DNA of 64,000 bases from Lepidodermella squamata (GCA_047495785.1 JBLDXI010000021.1:1984001-2048000); one strand, 5' to 3'. Positions 13,027-25,099 are shown, numbered from the stretch's first letter. The notes: generated by a model not told the origin, from the letters alone. Numbers and translations are program-made.

Positions 13027-13511
13027 GGTTCAGAAAATATCGTGAATATTAAGGTGGTTTAGAGAACAGTTTAATTATTTTGTCGCTGTTCGCGCAGAAG
13101 TGATCAATTAGGAACACATATTCTGCGGACAGGTGGAAAATACCTTCAGCTCAGACCTCGAACCAGGCTTGTTCAGAAGGTTCGCTGATCTTCAAAGTCA
13201 TCACCACGTTTGATCTGGCATCTCATTTTATTAATTTTATTCCAGCAAATTAAAGCTTAAATTCCGAGGATAATACAACGATCAAAGATGACTGAAACAA
13301 ACTACGCATTTCGAATTTCCCCCATTACTGGTAGCATCATCGATAAGGACGAAGTGCATGAAACAAATAGACAAATAAAAGACAAAATTTCCCTGCGCAT
13401 GACAGGATCGTCCTTGACTATTACAATGATCAGAACAGCGGCAAGTACGGTGGTTGCAGCGTTGGCTAAACCCGCGCGAACGTATGACAACTCTGGGAAA
13501 ACAATCGTGAT
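13027..13511 (-). repeat. Source copy of the 485-bp inverted duplication
   Basis: Continuous with the intact GPCR reading frame, so this is the original copy. Confidence 0.95.
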
Positions 13512-15695
13512 TCCCAACCTGTGTCCCAACCGATAAGCGTAGTAGCAGCCGATGAACAGCAAGACGCAATGAAAACACGTTAGAGCAGATATCAACTCCT
13601 GGAATGACGTTGTCCCACAATCGTAAGCATCAATCCTCAGAAGAATGTCTTCGTCGTAGTCATAAGACTCTGCAAGTGTTGTCAGATAACAGACAACACC
13701 ATTAACAGCGAGCAAAATAACACAGAGGAGTAGCTCGAGAAGCGTTAGCGACAGAGCTAATTTGATGCTTAGCCTATCGATTTTCTCCCAGCGTATCTTG
13801 CCAAAGGCGACAATCGTCGCCACGCTCGACGCCCTCTTATCGTTTGAGAACATCAGGTTATTTATAGCGAGCGAGGAAATCTGTCCAGGAATTTGACCGA
13901 TATTAACGCTGGAGACGCGCCTGACTTCGAAATGAGCAACAGAGGGCTTGCGGCTGATGTTCGACGAACTTTTCAAGCTCGGCAACTCATTTTTGACATT
14001 CTGCCACAGGTAGAAGACATATACCGCCAAACTGAAGTGTACGAACGCCAAGCCAGTCACAGTTAGGAGAAACTGAGCCGTCCATAACGCTTCGTTCAGT
14101 TGCAGAACGAAAGATACGGAGGCAGAATTCAGCAGTAAAGCTCCTATAAGACCAATCATTTTCCACTTGATTTTAGCCTTGTCCAATAGATGTTTAACCC
14201 ACACTGCAAATACCACAGCCGCAAGACCCGCAAGTTGGAATAATGATGAAACGACCGCAATTGTTATTACAAGAATTACGAAAATCTGACTTGGTTGCTT
14301 TGTAACTTGAACATACAGCTGTTGATCTCTTGGCGGCGCTCCTGCTGCGAAGCTGTAAGGTTGATCCCCAACTTGCGTAGTCTCGTAGTCGTCGAAATTA
14401 TTGCCACTAGCATTTGACCTCAATTTAATGGCGTAGATTGTCTTTTGCCCGACAGGTGGAGTGAAGGACAGAACGGTTTGAATATCGTTGTCTACCTCAG
14501 CTGTTGGACCGTAGAAAATCCTACCAACCCGAAGGCCCATGATATCAAGCTGCCTCATCGAATCATTGACAACTTTCATAACTAATTTCGCCTGAGAGGG
14601 CATATCTCGCAAGGATATATTCCAATCTCTGCGAAGTTTTTTCTCAGCTGCGTCCAATGCGAAAATTCCACTGATAATGGCATCGTAGAACAAATAGCGC
14701 ATGAAGAACTCTGGCGATTGCCTAAGTTGAGGCTTGGCTGAAATCAAAGCTTTGTCGAGTTGGACGTTCGTCAAGCCAAAAGATGAGTTTATCGGTTGAT
14801 CGCTGAATTGCTGTTGAGTAATGAATAGGCAATATTTCATAGCTTCAACTATGACGTCTCGGCGGCAACCTGGAACAGGTTCCAGAGGAATGTTACCTAC
14901 ATCGGCGAAATTATTGCCGTTAGTTATCAATATATACTTCGGCGAAATCATATCTTGCTGACTTAGCTCGCAGATGAATGACCAAAGCAAGGGCCTATTT
15001 GACGCCGCGAATAGGATGATTATCCTGATATCACGCTCTTTCAGAAAGCCGACAGTTTCCGGAGTGACCTGCATGATGACGTCGAAAACAGGAACTGCGA
15101 TTCCAGCTTCCAGCGCCACCTTATTTATCTGAATTGCCGTTGTGTAGTCATTGATATTGATAGCCGAACTTATCAAGCCGATACGCTGCCATTTTCCCAT
15201 GTCTTTGACAAATCGAATGATTCCGATAGCCGGTGATCTACCAGTTGATAGTGTTAGATACAGATTTGGGTACATCTTTCGGTCTGTCAGCAAGGAAGCA
15301 GCGCAGCCTAGACTCAGCGAGACCAAATTAAGGTGCTGAAGCATTGGCCCAGCTGCTTTGCATCCATTCGAGAGGCTTGGGCCCAGGACAAGGGGAGACA
15401 TAACGGTCGATTTTCTCGATATATCCGCATAGCCGAAAATTTGCCGAACCGCGAATGACCCAACAGGTCCTTCATCCAACATGGTCAGCTTCACATCATA
15501 ATCGGGTAGAATGTCGGTTCGGTTATTCAACATGCTGGAAATGAGGTCTGCTAACTCACGGAATGTGCTCGCCCCTGTCGCCATTGGAATTGGTGCTACA
15601 GCGGGCACTTCAAGCAAATACTGCTTGCTTTCAAATGGTTCGATGATGGTGCAAACCACCAGTAGAAAATTTAACATCTTTCCTTCAGCAGACAT
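13302..15695 (-). CDS. Class C GPCR, GABA-B-receptor-like (Venus flytrap + 7TM), intronless
   Basis: ~800-aa ORF with a signal-like N-terminus; VFT features (ILPDYDVKL, VLGPSLSNGC, LTDRKMYPNLY, KWQRIGLI); no Cys-rich linker; several TM helices ending FIGCYYAYRL...FPELSY. Probable start at MSAEGK (15695). Confidence 0.85.
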   Translation of the reverse strand: MSAEGKMLNFLLVVCTIIEPFESKQYLLEVPAVAPIPMATGASTFRELADLISSMLNNRTDILPDYDVKLTMLDEGPVGSFAVRQIFGYADISRKSTVMSPLVLGPSLSNGCKAAGPMLQHLNLVSLSLGCAASLLTDRKMYPNLYLTLSTGRSPAIGIIRFVKDMGKWQRIGLISSAININDYTTAIQINKVALEAGIAVPVFDVIMQVTPETVGFLKERDIRIIILFAASNRPLLWSFICELSQQDMISPKYILITNGNNFADVGNIPLEPVPGCRRDVIVEAMKYCLFITQQQFSDQPINSSFGLTNVQLDKALISAKPQLRQSPEFFMRYLFYDAIISGIFALDAAEKKLRRDWNISLRDMPSQAKLVMKVVNDSMRQLDIMGLRVGRIFYGPTAEVDNDIQTVLSFTPPVGQKTIYAIKLRSNASGNNFDDYETTQVGDQPYSFAAGAPPRDQQLYVQVTKQPSQIFVILVITIAVVSSLFQLAGLAAVVFAVWVKHLLDKAKIKWKMIGLIGALLLNSASVSFVLQLNEALWTAQFLLTVTGLAFVHFSLAVYVFYLWQNVKNELPSLKSSSNISRKPSVAHFEVRRVSSVNIGQIPGQISSLAINNLMFSNDKRASSVATIVAFGKIRWEKIDRLSIKLALSLTLLELLLCVILLAVNGVVCYLTTLAESYDYDEDILLRIDAYDCGTTSFQELISALTCFHCVLLFIGCYYAYRLGHRLGITIVFPELSYVRAGLANAATTVLAAVLIIVIVKDDPVMRREILSFICLFVSCTSSLSMMLPVMGEIRNA

Positions 15696-16077
15696 CTTGG
15701 TTTTTAATAGAAATAATTTAACTTGAGGTTTGAGTTGAAGGCTCGCCCTTTGACAAATGATCATGTGCGGATATCAAATATCTCATTCGAAGTTGCGTAG
15801 GAATAAATTGGTGTTCATCCAAATCATGTGAAATTGGCAATATCAACCACCAGAGGTCGATTATATACTCATTTGTCTTGCTCAAGATTAACGATCAGTC
15901 TGAACTTATTAAAAAATGTTCATTTTATTTTGCGAAATATGTCTGCTGAGATGCAACAACGCGCGCGAGTAATAAAACGGCAATAATAATTATAGTTGAT
16001 GAATAAACAAATTGTTTGTGCGTAGAAAATGAGAAGCCGAAAACAACGTTCTAACGATTTAAAATTTAATCACCGCT

Positions 16078-18365
16078 CTAGTCAATAGGCAGCTTGGCCG
16101 ATTTCGGTGAGTGATGACCACTGCTCGAGCTCGAATGGCTGTGAAGCCGCGCCACGCCTCGTTGAATCCAGCTGGGTGACACCGATTGCTGCGGGTTTTG
16201 AGAGACATTTGAGACAGATCGAGCCATCAAACGATTTGCCCGGCCGACCAGAGGGCTGCGGTCTGAATCACCGCCAGGCATGGGTTCATCACTCGGGGCG
16301 TTGATGACAACTGAAATTCGCGTGAGATCTGAATAGCCGGGCGGTGAGTTGAACTTGCGGGCATTCAACCGTGGCACAACGACGTAGGTTTCCTCGCCTT
16401 CTTCCGTAAAATCTTCATTGCAATGTAGCAGCGTGTTGTTGGCTGAGTCTACCGTGAAACTGATGTTAGCGCCACCCATCGCTTGCAGGTACTTCGGCGG
16501 TACCATCTCGTGCAAACTCGCGCCTTCCAGCGAGCATTCAGGACTGCCGCTGTGCGCGTTCGATAACGCGATCGACATCGTTGACGATTGGTAGTAAGCG
16601 CCGTTGGTGATGGTCGATAGACCGTTGGCATGGCTGCGACCAGTTATCTGGTTCATCCCGTTATTGTAACTACGATGACCAGCCAGTTCCAAGGTTCCTA
16701 TAGGTGGAGAAGGAGAAATAAAATGTAATAGCAATACTAGAGAAATTGTAGACCTAAATCCTAAATCCACGCCAATGAAATTTGAATTAAAAAATCACCC
16801 CACATAGTGCAGAGAACGAGTTTGCCAAAATCCGTTAGGTTCCGAAGCTTTTAACGAGTCATCAATTAGTTCAGAATACTAGTTTTCGTTCAACTCTACA
16901 GCTTGAGTCCCTTAAGGGTTATTTTCTTGATATCCCTGTAGTTTCTATGGAGTTGTTTCAGAGTTGGCCCCGGGTCCAAAAAGTCGGACCCAAACCCAAC
17001 CCGGGCCCGACCCAACCCAGGCGGGTCGACCCACGGGTCATTAACTACAAAAAGCTATAAATATGCCAACGCAATTGCCGGTTACAGTCGCTCAGGGTGC
17101 GAAGTACAGGGGTGCTGGGGTGTCGCGACACCCCAGCTCCGGGACTCTAACCGATGGGGGCTTTGGTTTCTTTGGCTGGGCCTTAGAAAACAAATAGAAA
17201 ACACCTCAGCCCTCGGATCCTACTTCGCACTTAGCAGTCGTTTCATTTTCCGTGATCGCCGCTTTGGCCACAGGCTTACTGTTAGTCTCATGTAAGATAG
17301 TTTCTAGAAAGGCACTCTTTTGCGGCAAAATCAGACTCAAAAGTCTAACCCCTTGTGCCCTCAAATAGATACACCCTCAGAAAAAGAGGCAAACCCGCGG
17401 GTCTAAGGAAGGAGACCCGGACCCGGCCCGACCCGGGGCCAACTCTGAGTTGTTTCTGTTTAGATAATAGGACAAAGAATCGGGGCAAACTGACACAAGT
17501 TCAAGCCCATTCGAACTCTGGAAACAATTCTGACAGTTGGCAAAGTTCAGTTTAAGGCCAACCCAGTGTCGAATAATTTCCAATTTTTGGCTATCGAAAA
17601 GGTTTCCCCGAGAATAACAAAAAAATGTGCAATAAATTAATTTCCCAACTGGTATGGTAATCCTATAAAATGAGAACTATATAATGTTATGGGAACTCAG
17701 AAATTCATACAAATCCAGCGCAACTAGGTTCGATCTTTGATTACGCTAGCCGATACGGTATAATGGACAATTTCTTTCAGCATACGATGCATTTGTGAAG
17801 GTCTATACCGGTTGAAAAATGAACCTGTGCTAGAAGTAAGCGAAGACTGATAGTTGTTCCCACCGCCGTGTCGCTGACAGAAACAGTAGACGAGCACCCA
17901 TGCGACATAAGCGAAGACGGTGAGGCCGAGAATCGCAACGTAGATCGGCCACTCGTCCGCGTATTCGCCGCCATAGCCGATGCCGCCGCCGCCGCTTCCT
18001 GACATATGGCTATTGCCATGCGATGTGCCGTTGGTCAGTGCGATCAAAAGATGCGGTGGCTTCCTAGTTCCGTTCCGACTCGACGAAGCTGTTTTGTTGC
18101 TTCGAGCGGCCTGAGACCTCTTCGCCGGTGTTGTAGCCGTCAAATTCGTACTGCTATTGAAAGCTGGCGATGAAGTACTGATTATGTCAGCGAATTCAGT
18201 AGAGTTCGACAGGCTGGTAGTTGAACTGGTTGAATCGCTTGCGGCATCAAGTGAAGCCACCGAATCGTAGAAAGCCGTTAAAATCGTTAAAATAAAAATA
18301 AGCTTTGCAACAAGTAAAAGCGGTTGAGAATGGCGAATTCCCATCGATGAGGCCATTCGATTCAT
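16078..18365 (-). CDS. Single-pass type I membrane protein with Ser/Thr-rich ectodomain and PY motifs; exons 18365-17825, 16697-16078
   Basis: Signal peptide, S/T-rich stalk, TM EWPIYVAILGLTVFAYVAWVLVYCFC. Phase-1 intron ACAG|gttcat...ctatag|GAACC. Cytoplasmic PPKY and PPGY. Confidence 0.8.
16959..17447. mobile_element. hAT-type MITE (489 bp) in an intron
   Basis: TIR CAGAGTTGGCCCCGGGTC / GACCCGGGGCCAACTCTG, perfect 8-bp TSD AGTTGTTT (16951-16958, 17448-17455), subterminal ACCC(G/A) repeats. Confidence 0.9.
17093..17234. mobile_element. Small MITE (142 bp) nested inside the hAT MITE
   Basis: Imperfect TIR CAGGGTGCGAAGTA / TACTTCGCACTTAG, 8-bp TSD CAGTCGCT / CAGTCGTT (7 of 8 match), internal palindrome GCTGGGGTGTCGCGACACCCCAGC. 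Confidence 0.75.
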
Positions 18366-19489
18366 GTCGTATTAAAATAATAATGATTCTGGTATCAAAG
18401 CGGCCAGCTCAGAAGGTGCGTTTGAATGTAGTTGTAGTTTTGTGTGTCAGTGTCAACGCGGCCGTAGAGCTAGCTGTTCGCACGTCAAGTCCGATTAAAT
18501 TGTTGTTAGATAGAGATGTGTTTCAGAGAAGTGTTTCGAATATTTGAACATCATGCTCAGCAAATAGAAAGTTTTGAATTTTATGAATGGTTGTAGAACA
18601 TATGCGGCGCGTGCTTGAAATATGTTGGCACGTGTGACAACTACAAAGCGTCTTTTGGTATCAATTTCCATCTCGGTCATTTTAAGCCATTCAGACAGGG
18701 TTGTAGTAGGAGAGGTGAAAAAACCTCAACTTCAAGTAAATCAAAACCATTTACATTCAACAGAAATTAGGTATCCAATTGAATCGTATCAAAAAGGATC
18801 GAACCGAGCATATAGTCTGCTTTGGGCGTAACAAAGTATGCCCACAGTTGAGATCTGGTAAACAGAAAAAGATTTACTTGAATCAGGCCCATTCAGCCCG
18901 TTCCGAGTCCATAGAAATACGAGAGTAAGAAAATATTATGATTCGAATTTTCGATCAACATTCCATTTTCCTCAACCAAAAAAGTTTTTATTATTGAATT
19001 TTGGCAAGGCTATTTGCATTTTTTCCCACGGATTGTCAATAAATAAGTTATTTTATGAGGATATTTAAATTACCTATGACGCAGGAGAAAATAGCATCCC
19101 AGGCCTGCATCGATTTTTGATGCACCTGATGTGTTTTGGTCATTCAAAACATCGGAGAAAAAGCCCAATCCGTTTTTTATTGGCGTTGTGTAAATCAATA
19201 TTTGTAAATAATAATGATATCGATAATTGAGGAACATCTGCACCTGCCGCCGCACCCCGATAGAACATTCCGCTGTTTTTATATGCGATAAAAAATTACA
19301 CCACCAGAAGAGTATATAGTATAGTCATGCGGCGTCTCTCTGTGTATTCACGAGTTTCTTCTAGTATTTATACTGCACGGCGTCTTTGTTGGCTCTCGAT
19401 TTCCGCTGTCAATTCTGCTTGACTGCAAAGTCGATTGTCGAGTTGACGGCTTATATTAGTTATTATATTACTCGCTTTACTGATTTTTC

Positions 19490-20152
19490 TCACTGACCGT
19501 AAGGCGGCGGCATGTCGTCAAGGTGAAACACGACGTATTTCAGGGAACAATCCGGGCGGACGGTAATCGAATAATTGAAAGGCGAAGCAGTAGTCACGCA
19601 ACCGTTTCGCCTGTGATTACTGCTGCTGGGGCATAAATTTCCGGTAGGAGCTACTTGGTTTGATAGCCCAGCCAAACCTATAGTTGAGTTGAATTTCAGC
19701 CCATTGTTATATTATATTTGATAAAATCGTGATTTTTCTCTGAATTTTTCGAACGTGTGAGTAGCCAACCTGAAGTAGGATGTCGCGCGGTGCCAGTTGA
19801 ACGGCACAGGAAACAAGACGCTGCGACTAGAAAAAATGTGAAGGCGGCGACAGCTAGGTAAATAGGCCAGTTTTTCCCGAAATTAGCTCCTCCTCCTGAG
19901 GGATTTTCGCAACTGTCTGACGCCGAGCAAGGCGCCGTGCGATTTCCATTTTCGATCAATAAATCTTGAAAATTAGCTTCGATATTAAAATCGGCTTTGC
20001 TGGCCGCTAGCAGGCTTGTCGCAACCACTGCGATAACAAGATGAGCCGGATTAATTTTCTAAAATACACAGGCCTCAGTTGAACACAATTTCGCATCAAA
20101 TTGCATTTCCCCAAATAAAAAATATATACGAAAAACTAACCGTTAATGTCAT
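19490..20152 (-). CDS. Small single-pass membrane protein with C-terminal PPPY; paralog of 16078-18365; exons 20152-20141, 20058-~19770, 19677-19490
   Basis: MTLT|KINPAHLVIAVVATSLLAASKA signal; GGGANFGKNWPIYLAVAAFTFF TM; phase-1 intron after the TM as in the neighbour gene; ends DDMPPPYGQ*. Confidence 0.75.
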
Positions 20153-21408
20153 TTATCCACGGAACAGCTCGCGAAATATAAGTAAAATCAATAAAATAAT
20201 AGGCCGACCACTTCCGTTCGTTTTCTTGCAGCGAATTGTAAAGTATTATCGCTACTCAGCCAGCATTCTCAGAATATCTTGAATCTCTAGACATCTAGCA
20301 CGTACCCTGCGCCATGAGGAATACTGAGCCAGCTTTTATTCCTTGCTACGACCACGCTACAATAAGCAGGGCGAGAGGCGAAGAAATTCAAGTATAATTC
20401 TCTTTAGAAGTATACACTGCGATCGCGGAATTAACTAATTTTCCATACATACAAGACTTGTTCCGAAAAATATCTGTTTAATTTTGCTAAATCCTCTCTA
20501 CATCGACCACCTCTTACGGCTATTTTAGATTAACTAGGATCAATGTTTGACTGATTTTGTAAGATCCCAGACGTCTGCTTGTAGATCACGTGGTCTAAAT
20601 CGATTAATACTTTTATCGCTGTGACGTTGATCGCTGATACCCAAGTGATGGGTAGATCAAGCTTTGCGGCATCAGGTGATTCCATAAAGTGTCGCTAAAC
20701 TAGGAATATACATACAGTCTAATCGCATACAACACTCTCCATTAATAAGATTTCAAAAATTCGAAGCTGCTATATATATATATATAAACTTATATATAGG
20801 CTTCATGTTTCAACCGAGTCTTCTCTCGCTCAAAATCAGGTTAATAAGTTTCCAGCTCAAGCATAGTAATTCAATTCAGGATTTCGATAATCTTAATAAT
20901 ATCAGCTTTTAACTGTGCAGAGGGCGACGCTCTTTTTGCGGAATATATGCACGAAGCCTATAGCGATATGAGCATTGTATAAAAAATAGGCGATGCATAT
21001 GGGTATTTTTTACGTTATCCGCGGCGCCATCCTCGAATCATTTTGCATTACGCGCCATTTAGCAATATCAATATTCTTCTGATGACTTTTCAAACTCAAT
21101 TTCATCCTCTTTACTGTCTGCAATAAGATTCCCAACGGAACTGTGTATCAATATATGTTTTTATGCGATTTGCCGCGACGTACACTCGACGCATATAAGA
21201 AAAACTCTTCAGCGTGCAAATTCATTTTTCGACAATTTTGTTGCTTGTATTCCCAGAACAAGGTTCGCAAAATCGTTTTTGTTAAAAGCTTCACGAATCA
21301 TTATGTCATCCTGGTCACCGCCTAGAATGTTATAATATTCATCTCGGCTTGCAACCTCGGCTAAATTCTGCTTCTTGGCTATAAGGAACGTCCTTATATA
21401 ACGAAAAA

Positions 21409-22531
21409 ATGTCCAAGTCTAAAAGTGCCCCTCTTGATCTCAAATCGACAAGTCTGCTTACCGAGCTCGTTTCTGGTACACCTGACGTATTGGTTGTGCC
21501 GCTGTCCATAGACGAAGCCCGTCTACTTCGCTCAAGCTTCATGCGCATAACCGAGCGACTTGAAGACATCGGCACCGCCAGCTTTAGCGAGTAAGTCTGA
21601 AATTATATTCGATAATTAATCAAAGTGATTTGACGGTGGTGTTAATTAAATTAAGGCTGTTTCAACATCATCCGGAGGCCCTTCGAATTTTTGTATCAAA
21701 TCGCGTATTTCCGGAAAGTCTCACCGAAGTGCAATACAGTTGGGAACTCAAAGCTCACGCTCTACGTGTTATGCACACCTTCGAAAAAATCATCAACCGG
21801 GTGGACAAACCGTCAACGATCTGGTCTGCCATGATCTCGGTGCGTCAACCTAGGCAATTCGAAATAACATTCGCCGCTTAATTGAATTATAATTACAGGA
21901 TATTGGTTGCCGGCATGCTGCTTATAACGCCAAACCAGCTTATTTGCCGGTATTAGTCGCTGCCTTTAGACACGCCTTCTTCGGTGAATTCACAAAACTC
22001 GGCATTCTAACGCCAGAGCTAGCTGGTGTTTGGTACAAGCTGTTCAACAACATGACAGTCTTGATGACGGCCGCTGTGGTTGCCTCCTTCATCGACAGCT
22101 ATGCTGATTACAAACAAAACCCAGATAATTTGCCGGCTTGGTTAAAGATGCAAGCTAACAGTACGCCTTTCGTAAATAGCCACCCTTCTGTTGTACCAAC
22201 ACCCTCACTAGCAAGCAACAGCTCTCAGGTTCAAAATTCGCCAAATCCGGCTCGTGATAAGCTTTCGAACGGCCCTGCGGAGAGCAGCAGCCAACACCGG
22301 GAGAAGAGCCATCATAAAAAGTGCCCTCATCGAATGAACAGTGGCAACAGCCAGCAGCAATCTAGCGAAGAACCAGGTGATTCGGGCTCGGCAACACCGA
22401 AGCGCGATAACTCGTGGAAGTTGAAGCAGAAATTTTCAGAAATGTTATCGCTACCGAGTGCTGGAAAGCCATCGAAGAAGAGCGACGAAGCTCATTCATC
22501 GAGCGAAGATGTCCAAATTATTCACATCTAG
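21409..22531 (+). CDS. Globin with long low-complexity C-terminal extension; exons 21409-21590, 21656-21839, 21899-22531
   Basis: FSELFQHHP (B/C helices), LKAHALRVM (distal His E7), IGCRH (proximal His F8), H-helix VWYKLF; intron 1 at the conserved B12.2 position. Confidence 0.9.
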
Positions 22532-23822
22532 TGCGGTTAGCCATCTAGACTTTTCAGTTTGATGATTATAGGTGTCAATTTTAAATATTTTTTTGTTTGC
22601 AAATATTTTCTGATAGGTATGTCAAGAAAATATTATACGTCGTGTCGTTGTCTCTGTGCCATATTATGATTTATTTTTCAAGGGAGAATTTAATAAAAAA
22701 AATTGACTCAAGTTGGAGCCTCGTTTTTTATCGCTATTATAAGTGTTCAGTTCACCGCAAATTGACAATGAAGTTCCTCATGCTTGGATTCGCTGGCTCT
22801 CACGATAGTCTCCTAATGTAATGCTCACAGCGCAAAAGAGCAAATAAACACATCTTGTTAATACGCGCGCGTTAGTATATAACCACGCCCTGTCAGCGCC
22901 CAAAAAACGTGCGCGCGCCGTATTTGATTTTTTGTACAATAATATTTTTGCACAGCGAAGACGACAGGTACTTGAAAAATAACGTTTGGCAGGAAAAAAT
23001 AACGTCCAGCTGCAGGCTAATATAGTGGCCAAAACAAAATAAGCGACCCATGACCTAGCCTTAATGTAAATGATTGTTGGTCAGCTCGAGAACATGAAGT
23101 GTATCTCGAGAACGATGACTACATTAAGCCTGGATAGCGATAGAAACCTCTTTACGAATACTTTTACACATCTGATAGTTTGAATGTTGCCGATATCGAC
23201 TGATCTATTCATCAACGGAGATTCGATGCACTTCAACTCATTACTTTTGCATACCGTAATGGTACTTTACATTTCATCTTCTTCGAAAAACATTGCAGGT
23301 ATGACGCTTTTGATTCGTGTAAAAACCAACTATTAGCTGCAAATATTTGCGGCATAAAAATCCAGAAAACTCCAAGTTTAGATTCAAACCTTTTATAGCT
23401 CAGATTCCAAAATTTTGGCTTATAGACTCTTCCGAATTCTCGTGCATAATAATCGATCCTCGGCGACTGACTAAGCGTGAAACACCGCCGCGCGAATGCT
23501 TGAGATGGCGCCCTGAGTTTACAGCATTTGCGGACACCGATGCATATAAAGCGGACAAGCATCAAGGATGATTAACACAGTTGCAATGATAAACGCAGTA
23601 ATCATAAAACGCATTGTTTTGCTATCGGGATGACGCCTGCGTTACAAGCCAAGCAAATCAGCAACAAACGCACTGAAGATACCTAATAACTGGTGGACAA
23701 AGGTGCGGCGTGCAAGCTAGTTATAACTGCGCATATTTTTCAACGATTCACCCGCGTCAACCCATCGATGTCTTCTTGCGTTTGTTTTCATTGACACATA
23801 TTTCACTGCCATCTGAACAGAA

Positions 23823-25099
23823 ATGCAGGTCATCTTCTTCTTGTTTTTCCCACTTTTGTTCTGCTGGTGCCGTTATTCGCACTTTCCCGTATCACATTAC
23901 ACAATTACCACGCTCGTATCGGCGACGGCGTTGGCGCTCGATGACGACAAACAACAAAACCCGTGGTACCAGGCGCAGCAGAAGCGCAAAGCATTCGCAA
24001 AAGACCTCCCGCCGCCCAACAACCGCCAGCGTCAATTCGATCCGTACTATCCTTATAACCAAGGCCCGTATCCGTACGGCGCAAGTATGCAGAATATTTT
24101 TTCGTATAAACAAAGCCCCGTATATTTTTACGCGCATAACTGCGAATCGAAAACAAATAATATTTGTGCGAGACGCAAATGCTCGATTGCTGTTTGACAT
24201 ATCTGCGCGACTAAAATGAATGGTTGTTTTCGACTCATTTTTTACGCTGCATTTTTTGCGATTTCTTGCGCGCAAACTACGGCAATCACGCGAAAACCGT
24301 CTGGTAACAACCGTCAACCCTCCAAAATAAACACGAATGTGAAGTATGATGCTGGAACCTACCCATTTAATCAAGGCGGGGGTGGGGCAACAAGTCTGCT
24401 CAACTTTGTTAACCCCTGATTCAAACATTTTATTTTTTTATTTAATCAGAGGCGCTGACATGTTACGCTTGTTGTGGCTGCAACGGGCAAAAAGTGAGTA
24501 GCAAATCATCTCTATAATACCACAACTACTGTTTTACTCCAGAGTGCGCTTTGCTCGACCTACGGCAGTGGCTACTACGGAATCTATGGCAATGCCATTA
24601 ACGCTCAGGACAACGGCCTGATGAAGATGTGCGATCCTTACCTTGGCAACAATGTTTGCGCTGTAAGCTTTGCCTTGATTTCGCGGGATCCGCATTACAT
24701 TTCGCTATTCAGGAGCTTCAATTTTTCGACACAACTAACAAACAGCTGGTCACAATGCGACAGTGTATGTCTGCCTATTCTTGCGAAGGAATCCGATCAG
24801 TTGTTGGCAAAAATGTCGCATTGTATACTTTCGCTCCAGGTTTGTATAACAATCATATCGCTCATTTTTGAGAATTTTTCCTCTTTCCTAAGGCGTGTAC
24901 GCGGACGTGCGGCAAGTCAAGGTAATATAACTTGAAATAATCAGGGCTGCTCTAATCCCTTTTCTTTGAATTATAGTGCTGTCAATTCGACCTTTGCAAC
25001 GTGATTCCGAACAATACGTCTCATCAGGCATATGCGACTGCTGTTTTACCTACCATGGCTCTGATTTACAGTTTCTATGCTTTGAAATCGTGGTCGTGA
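23823..25099 (+). CDS. Ly6/uPAR (three-finger) protein, probably GPI-anchored, with two alternative signal-peptide exons (23823-24084 or 24216-24393), then exons from 24450, 24543, 24712, 24893 and 24977
   Basis: ALTCYACCGC start, internal cysteines, terminal CCQFDLCN motif, hydrophobic C-tail; all junctions GT-AG and in frame. Confidence 0.85.
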
